A DNA stretch of 14,252 bases from Promethearchaeota archaeon (lineage in GTDB: Archaea > Asgardarchaeota > Lokiarchaeia > Sigyniarchaeales > SOKP01), in contig JAEOTS010000103.1 in assembly GCA_016839745.1 (NCBI GenBank), forward strand, positions 1-14,252. The letters run 5' to 3'. The notes under the pieces were generated by a model. It was not told where the DNA came from. It worked only from the letters and a program-made list of their open reading frames with translations, and did no database searches. Every line of letters begins with the position of its first letter. Positions within the stretch are counted from its first letter, which is position 1. Below, one piece after another: positions 1 through 5,339 of the stretch. A program made the translations under genes and the position numbers.

Positions 1-433
1 GTTCGTACATAGCATACTCCATAACGATTGCTGCCATGTTTAAATCTATATTTGTGTGTAAATCACCACTAGCTACGATATTTTGAATAGTGATTTCGGG
101 ATTGGATACTTTTATGCCTGCTTTTCTTATATTCTTTACTACTTTTTCCACAACTCTCGGTGCTTCCGAAGCTTTTCGTAGGCCAGTAACTACCATCTTC
201 CCAGTAGAGAAAATTAAAATTGTTGCTTTGGGTTTTTCAATTCTCATTACTAATCCGGGAAATCTTTCAGGGTTGTATTCAACATCCGCGTGTTTGCGGG
301 CAATTATATTTAAATCGATTTTTTCTGTGATTTCAACGACGACAGTGGCAACGACATTTTCAATTTTGTAGTCTAAACCTTCCTCTTCTTCTAATTCTTC
401 CTCTTCTTCTAATTCTTCCTCTTCTTCTGCCAT
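1..433 (-). CDS. tbp: TATA-box binding protein, partial (3' end runs off the left edge); not in the supplied ORF track
   Basis: Manual translation from ATG at 433: MAEEEEELEEEEELEEEEGLDYKIENVVATVVVEITEKIDLNIIARKHADVEYNPERFPGLVMRIEKPKATILIFSTGKMVVTGLRK...EITIQNIVASGDL...AMYE. Shows TBP repeat-1 motifs (IENVVAT, YNPERFPGL, LIFSTGKMVVTG) and the start of repeat 2 (IQNIVASG). Confidence 0.98.
   Translation of the reverse strand, partial: MAEEEEELEEEEELEEEEGLDYKIENVVATVVVEITEKIDLNIIARKHADVEYNPERFPGLVMRIEKPKATILIFSTGKMVVTGLRKASEAPRVVEKVVKNIRKAGIKVSNPEITIQNIVASGDLHTNIDLNMAAIVMEYAMYE
379..428. repeat. 18-bp perfect tandem repeat (CTTCCTCTTCTTCTAATT, about 2.8 copies) in the 5' end of tbp
   Basis: Units at 379-396, 397-414 and a partial unit at 415-428; encodes EEEEEL repeats on the minus strand. 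Confidence 0.95.
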
Positions 434-547
434 CTTACATCAAACTTAATAAATATGATTTGAACTAATTAAGCAAAATTAAATTCTTTTGAAAACAGTA
501 TTCCTTTATAAATGATTTTTTGTTTATAAAGGCATTTATATATGAGT

Positions 548-561
548 TATATAAATTTCTC
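548..561 (-). promoter_or_regulatory. Putative tbp promoter: purine-rich BRE followed by a TATA box
   Basis: Minus strand reads GAGAAA-TTTATATA (561-548), about 115 bp upstream of the tbp ATG. Three further TATA-like octamers follow it. Confidence 0.55.
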
Positions 562-611
562 TTCTTTACGAAAATTCAAATATAAATTTGATTGGGATGA
601 AATCTATAATT

Positions 612-1142
612 CTAACTCTCTAAATTCTTCTTTAATATTTTTTTAATGATTTCCATAAAAGCGCTTTCTACATTTGATCCCGTTTTAGCAGAAGTAGGCA
701 TAAATTCCATGTTAAATCTTTTCGCAAGTTCGACACCTTCACTCTCTTGGACTTTTATAGTATCTGTTAAATCAATTTTATTCCCAATTAGCAGTAAGGG
801 CTCGTCTCCCCTCGCATCCTTGAAGTCTAAGATCCAATCCTCAAGTTTTTCTAAAGAACTTCTCTTTGTACAATCGTATATTACTAATGCTCCATTTGCA
901 CCTTCTAAATACAACTTTCGTAAGCTCCTAAAACTTTCTTGGCCGCCCAAATCCCAGATCTGAGCGGATACGCCTCCAAATTCCTTAATGTTCATATCTT
1001 TCTTTAATAAGTTTACACCCAGAGTGCTTTTATAATTTCCTCGAAATTTATTCTCAATAAACCAGTAAGCCAACGAAGTTTTACCTACATTAGCTTCCCC
1101 GAGTAAACATATCTTTACAATGTAGCTGGATTCAACAGTCAT
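612..1142 (-). CDS. Rab-like small GTPase (Ras superfamily, Asgard type)
   Basis: G1 GEANVGKTS, G2 YKSTLGV, G3 WDLGGQE, RabF-like FRSLRKLYLEGA, LVIYD, G4 GNKID, G5 TSAKTG. No C-terminal Cys prenylation motif. Confidence 0.95.
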   Translation of the reverse strand: MTVESSYIVKICLLGEANVGKTSLAYWFIENKFRGNYKSTLGVNLLKKDMNIKEFGGVSAQIWDLGGQESFRSLRKLYLEGANGALVIYDCTKRSSLEKLEDWILDFKDARGDEPLLLIGNKIDLTDTIKVQESEGVELAKRFNMEFMPTSAKTGSNVESAFMEIIKKILKKNLES

Positions 1143-1273
1143 AATTACTCACAATATCAATTGACTTTTTTTTACTTTCATAATAATAATTATCCTTATT
1201 AATAATTTTCATGACGAGACTGAGAAGTATTTTTTTTATCATTAAAAGGTGTTATTAAACCAATGATTGCATT

Positions 1274-1627
1274 TTATGAAATGTTAGCGTGAGTGTCTAT
1301 TTTTTGTGACAAGGCATTAACGGTGTTAACATATTCAGAATACAGTTTTGGAATTAGATTGTTTGTTCTAGCTTTACTATATGCAAAGAGAAACAGTTGA
1401 TTTAAGGAAACATCATTGTTGATATCGTATATATCCTTTTTCAAATTGAATCTTTCACTATTTTGATCTATAAAATTACAAAGAATGTATCTATTTTCGT
1501 TAGATAATTCTAGTTCATTCATTAAGCCATATATCCTTAAAAGTAACGGTCCTCGATACTTAATATTTTTGTTATTAATCGTCTGAAATAATTGAAGGTA
1601 TTTATTTCTCTTTAATGACAATGACAT
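1274..1627 (-). CDS. Hypothetical protein (about 117 aa from ATG 1627; ORF open from ATG 1660)
   Basis: Fills the gap between acyP and the GTPase on the same strand, with plausible helical composition. No motif recognised; start uncertain. Confidence 0.7.
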   Translation of the reverse strand: MSLSLKRNKYLQLFQTINNKNIKYRGPLLLRIYGLMNELELSNENRYILCNFIDQNSERFNLKKDIYDINNDVSLNQLFLFAYSKARTNNLIPKLYSEYVNTVNALSQKIDTHANIS

Positions 1628-1669
1628 GATTAATAATATCGGAATATTATTTATCATCATAAATAATAT

Positions 1670-1684
1670 CTAGGTAATACCTAG
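1670..1684. promoter_or_regulatory. 7-1-7 palindrome CTAGGTA-A-TACCTAG, candidate operator
   Basis: Perfect inverted arms in the intergenic gap upstream of the hypothetical gene, just downstream (minus strand) of a TATA-like TTTTAAGT at 1696-1689. Confidence 0.45.
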
Positions 1685-1713
1685 TGCACTTAAAACACTC
1701 AGAATAACTAGTT

Positions 1714-1986
1714 TTAAAAAGAATATTCAAATCCTTTAAATTTATGTTGAACTTTCTTGTATTCATATTCAATGGATTCTATTTTAGCGGACTTCGGACC
1801 TTTTTTAGCGAATTTTAACAATTCTATTAACCTATCTTCTGGTCCTTCAGCTTCAATATACACGCTACCGTCGCGTAAATTCTTAACAATTCCGGTTAGG
1901 CCAAGGTTCCGAGCAACTTTGCGAGTTGTATAGCGGAAAAATACTCCTTGAACAAGCCCATATACATGTATGATAATTCTTTTCAT
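1714..1986 (-). CDS. acyP: Acylphosphatase
   Basis: 90 aa; phosphate loop VYGLVQGVFFR with the catalytic Arg, and GIVKNLRDGSV with the catalytic Asn. Confidence 0.95.
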   Translation of the reverse strand: MKRIIIHVYGLVQGVFFRYTTRKVARNLGLTGIVKNLRDGSVYIEAEGPEDRLIELLKFAKKGPKSAKIESIEYEYKKVQHKFKGFEYSF

Positions 1987-2005
1987 AAATTAAAGGTTTC
2001 TGGTG

Positions 2006-3139
2006 CTATTTTTTTGCTATATTTTTCATTATTTCAATATTTTCATCAAGCAACTCTTTTGAGACGTTAGGATGGATATCTAAAGCGAATATTTCTTGAG
2101 TAATCTTTTCTACTCGAGGCAAATTATCTTTTTTATAATCAATTTCTTTACCATAAAAAGGACAAGACCAGGGACATCCTCTTGTATATGCTATTTTTTC
2201 TTGAAATAATTTGGTTTTATAAAGTGGTTTTGGATAAAGTACTTTACTTCTTGGAAACGCCTTCAGAAATTGAGGTTTAGTCAAACCTAAAATCTCTGGA
2301 TTGATGCGTCCAATCCAATAGTTAAATGCGGGTTCGCAGTACTCAGGTATAAAAGGCGTTAGTATTCCTGAAATCTCAGAAATTCCTTTAGATAAATATT
2401 GTGCATTTTTATTCCTGCTCTCAATAAAACCATTTATCCTTTTAAGCTGTACTCTTCCAATCGCACCTTGAATTTCGGTCATTCTATAATTGTACCCTAA
2501 TCTATTATAAACATACCACTCAGGCTCGCCATGATGTCTTAGTAATCGACATTGCTCAGCTAACACATCATCGTCTGTAGTGATCATACCTCCTTCTCCC
2601 GTTGTCATATTTTTGGAAGGATAAAAACTAAAACATCCGATGTTACCAATAGCCCCGACCTTTTTATTATAACATTTTGTTCCTATGGATTGAGCAGCAT
2701 CTTCTATGATATAGAGGTCATTATCTTTAGCGATATCAACAAGAGCACTTGTATCAGCACCAATTCCCGCCAAATGAACAGGAATTATTGCTTTTGTTTT
2801 CTCAGTTATTTTTTCCTTAACGGAATCGGGATCCAAAGTGTAAGATTTATCGTCAATATCAGCAAATATAGGTATTGCATTATTGTGGAGGATGGAACTT
2901 GCAGTAGCAATAAATGTAAAAGGTGGAACTATTACTTCGTCTCCTGGACCAATATCTAAAGCAGCGATTGCAATATGGAGCGCTGCTGTTCCAGTGTTAA
3001 CAGCAATAGCGTGTTTTACACCTATATACCGTGCGAATTCTTCTTCAAACTTCTTTACAAACTCACCGTGTAACAGGGTTAACATCTGTGATTTCATCAC
3101 TTTTAGAACTTCGTTTTGTTCCTCATCTGAAAGATTCAT
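2006..3139 (-). CDS. DegT/DnrJ/EryC1/StrS family PLP-dependent (sugar) aminotransferase
   Basis: NTGTAALH, GPGDEVIVPPFTFIATA, IIPVHLAG, IIEDAAQS, PLP-lysine motif FSFYPSKNMTTGEGG, GYNYRMTE. Confidence 0.95.
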   Translation of the reverse strand: MNLSDEEQNEVLKVMKSQMLTLLHGEFVKKFEEEFARYIGVKHAIAVNTGTAALHIAIAALDIGPGDEVIVPPFTFIATASSILHNNAIPIFADIDDKSYTLDPDSVKEKITEKTKAIIPVHLAGIGADTSALVDIAKDNDLYIIEDAAQSIGTKCYNKKVGAIGNIGCFSFYPSKNMTTGEGGMITTDDDVLAEQCRLLRHHGEPEWYVYNRLGYNYRMTEIQGAIGRVQLKRINGFIESRNKNAQYLSKGISEISGILTPFIPEYCEPAFNYWIGRINPEILGLTKPQFLKAFPRSKVLYPKPLYKTKLFQEKIAYTRGCPWSCPFYGKEIDYKKDNLPRVEKITQEIFALDIHPNVSKELLDENIEIMKNIAKK

Positions 3140-3243
3140 AATTAGATTATAATTTTTTTAAAATGCAAATTTTAAGTTAATAATATTTAGAGTAAATGCC
3201 TTTTTAATAATCTAATTCTTTATAAAAGAGCTTTTCAACATAA

Positions 3244-3861
3244 TCAGATATTAAGAAAATAAGAATCTTTTTCACTATTATAGCCGACGACTTTAATTTT
3301 AGATAGGGTCTTCAGAACATCATCTAACCAACTTTTACTGGTATTAATAGCATTTCTTAACTCTTTATATTCCATCTCATTATTAATAGCTAGTAAAAAT
3401 TGAATTTTGCTCTTAACTTTTAGGTGATTTGATTCTGTTATCTTCTCAAATCTTTTTTTTAAATCATATTCCATAGTTTTTAGTTGGGCTACTTCATTGC
3501 TTAATTTACCTATTACTTCATCTCTAGTCCTAAAAACATTTAACGAGAGGTTGTAAATTCGTTCTAAGTGCTCTTTGAGCTTATTATCCTTTAATTCTAA
3601 CTCAAGTTCTTTCTTAAATTCATCTAAAATAACCGTATAATCCGAACCATCATCGTATTTATCTAAGACTAATACGATTATAATTTCTTTATTTTCGTTG
3701 TAATAGGAAATTGAGTTCCAATCTTTTTCTTCAATAGTAATGTACGATTCAACAAAATTATGAGATATTTGTATTTGTTGCACTACATTGTCCGGAATCT
3801 CTAAATCTTCCGGAAATTTCATGTATATATTTCCACCAAGAACCTCATCCCACTTAATCAA
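3244..3861 (-). CDS. Hypothetical protein: N-terminal longin/uDENN (NPRL2-like) domain, coiled coil, C-terminal winged helix; true start possibly at 3879
   Basis: N-terminal (PLGICL)IKWDEVLGGNIYMKFPED hairpin motif; heptad stretch EVIGKLSNEVAQLKTMEYDLKKRFEKI; HTH-wing pattern MEYKELRNAINTSKSWLDDVLKTLSKIKVVGYN...SYFL. The CDS is secure; the domain calls are inference. Confidence 0.7.
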   Translation of the reverse strand: MIKWDEVLGGNIYMKFPEDLEIPDNVVQQIQISHNFVESYITIEEKDWNSISYYNENKEIIIVLVLDKYDDGSDYTVILDEFKKELELELKDNKLKEHLERIYNLSLNVFRTRDEVIGKLSNEVAQLKTMEYDLKKRFEKITESNHLKVKSKIQFLLAINNEMEYKELRNAINTSKSWLDDVLKTLSKIKVVGYNSEKDSYFLNI

Positions 3862-3885
3862 ACAAATACCTAGAGGAAAAGTAAA

Positions 3886-3890
3886 TCACC
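3886..3890 (-). promoter_or_regulatory. Archaeal Shine-Dalgarno-like GGTGA upstream of the longin-like gene
   Basis: Minus strand reads GGTGA-TTTACT-TTT CCT CTA GGT ATT TGT TTG. Confidence 0.45.
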
Positions 3891-4081
3891 AGAAAAACCT
3901 AATACTTCCTTTAAAAATTATAAAAGTTTTTATTAATAAATTTAATTTTTAATTGTTTATTTCGCACTTATAATATCAATATTGAGGAATTACTTACTCT
4001 CATTTAACAACCATAATTGGTTAGGAATCTGCCAATAAAAATAAATAGTAGAAAATGTATCTTATAAATAGTGATTCTGGT

Positions 4082-4366
4082 ATGTCCCTTTATTATGTCT
4101 ATATTTTAGAAACAATCGCGAAAAATAACAGAAAATATTTCTATACGGGATATACCAATAACTTATATAGAAGATTAGAAGAACATAAAAATGGAGCGGG
4201 AGCTAAATTTTGTCGAGGAAAGAAGTGTATAACACTTAAATATTTTGAAACTTATGGAGAAAGAAGATTGGCTATGAAAAGAGAGTTAGAAATAAAAACC
4301 TTTACGAGAAGACAAAAAATTCAACTTATAAGAACTTTTAGCGAAGATGATCTAGTTGAACAATAA
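4082..4366 (+). CDS. Small GIY-YIG nuclease (UPF0213/YhbQ, SLX1-like); ORF open from ATG 4055
   Basis: YYVYIL...FYTGYTNNLYRRLEEHKNGAGAKF and AMKRELEIK with the conserved Arg, His and metal-binding Glu. Confidence 0.92.
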   Translation: MSLYYVYILETIAKNNRKYFYTGYTNNLYRRLEEHKNGAGAKFCRGKKCITLKYFETYGERRLAMKRELEIKTFTRRQKIQLIRTFSEDDLVEQ

Positions 4367-5141
4367 CTCAAACTTTCTAATTATTCTAGTAGGATTACCT
4401 GCATCGGGAAAATCTACTTTCGCACTTAAACTAAAGAAAAAATTGGAGTCAAATTTTCAAAAAAAAGTAAAAATTATCGATCCTGACATAATAAGAGGCA
4501 TTGCTTTTCCAAACAGTTTTGATTTTAAAAATGAGCCCCAAATACGAGAAAAAAATATACAGTCAGTAAGAATTCACCTTACTAAAGGACAAATTGTTAT
4601 CAGTGATGACTTAAATTACTATTCAAGCATGCGACACGATTTAAAATTAATTGCTGATAGTTTAAACATTAAATTTTATATTGTACATATCTCAACGCCG
4701 CTTAAAATTTGTTTGAAAAGGAATGAAGAAAGAGGAAAACCGATACCTAACAAAGTTATTCAAAATATTTACAATAAATTTGACAACTTTAATAAATATA
4801 AATGGGATACTCCATTCGAAACTTACGACATTACTCAAACCAGTGATGAAATTCAATTTTTAGAGATTTTAAGCAATAAGATAGCTTTAAATTTTAAAGA
4901 ACAACAAAAAGGTAAAGAATCGTTAAAAAAAAAGCATTCTCCTTCGATTCGGGAGAAGTTAGATTTAATCACGCGTAAATATGTTGGCGAACTATTAAAA
5001 AATCCAAAATATCAAATGTCTAAAGATACAATTTTAGAATTTAGGAAATTATTTATTAAAAGTAGAGCAAATGAAGAGCTTGATGTTAATAAAATCATAG
5101 AAGCTTTTAAATTATATTTAAATAAAAAGTTAAAGGTTTAA
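4356..5141 (+). CDS. pstK: L-seryl-tRNA(Sec) kinase (PSTK; KTI12-related P-loop kinase)
   Basis: Walker A GLPASGKST, DIIR, family motif DDLNYYSSMRHDL, RNEERGKPIP, KYKWDTP, and a helical C-terminal domain (LDLITRKYV...EFRKLFI) matching the methanococcal PSTK layout as recalled. TTG start overlaps the upstream gene. Confidence 0.88.
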   Translation: MNNNSNFLIILVGLPASGKSTFALKLKKKLESNFQKKVKIIDPDIIRGIAFPNSFDFKNEPQIREKNIQSVRIHLTKGQIVISDDLNYYSSMRHDLKLIADSLNIKFYIVHISTPLKICLKRNEERGKPIPNKVIQNIYNKFDNFNKYKWDTPFETYDITQTSDEIQFLEILSNKIALNFKEQQKGKESLKKKHSPSIREKLDLITRKYVGELLKNPKYQMSKDTILEFRKLFIKSRANEELDVNKIIEAFKLYLNKKLKV

Positions 5142-5174
5142 AGCTAATTTTCACCGTAGAGTATTGAAGTCTAT

Positions 5175-5221
5175 CCTATGAAGTATTAATCAACTTTGGT
5201 TTTTAAACAATACTTCATAGG
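5175..5221. repeat. Perfect 13-bp inverted repeat with a 21-nt spacer between pstK and cdc48
   Basis: CCTATGAAGTATT (5175-5187) and AATACTTCATAGG (5209-5221). Confidence 0.9.
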
Positions 5222-5339
5222 CTACAACTCTCAAAATGCATAAAATGAGCTAATCTGACACATATAATAAATAATACGAAAGAAAATAAAGCATCATTAT
5301 TTCTTTTAGAGTAGAGAAATAAAAAATAATTTGAATAAA

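Noticed and set aside
90-371. 93-aa plus-strand ORF
   Set aside because: Antisense shadow of tbp.
646-963. 105-aa plus-strand ORF
   Set aside because: Antisense to Rab-like GTPase 1; no motifs.
1178-1214. Imperfect AT-rich hairpin containing ATGA, considered as a SECIS
   Set aside because: Low complexity, no convincing GA/GA quartet, and the upstream gene has no in-frame TGA.
2690-3152. Two 89-aa plus-strand ORFs (2690-2959, 2883-3152)
   Set aside because: Antisense to the DegT aminotransferase.
3235-3246. Readthrough of the TGA stop of the longin-like gene
   Set aside because: A second in-frame TGA follows after two codons, and the wHTH appears complete.
3886-3888. In-frame TGA upstream of the longin-like gene as a selenocysteine codon
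   Set aside because: It is part of the GGTGA SD-like motif, and the adjacent upstream frame has no nearby start codon or protein-like character.
4055-4366. GIY-YIG gene as a homing endonuclease or mobile element
   Set aside because: Single small catalytic domain of the UPF0213 type, with no DNA-binding extension, intron/intein context or flanking repeats.
5175-5221. Hairpin after pstK as a SECIS element
   Set aside because: Its ATGA is Watson-Crick paired with TCAT rather than forming the non-canonical GA/GA core, and pstK has no in-frame TGA.
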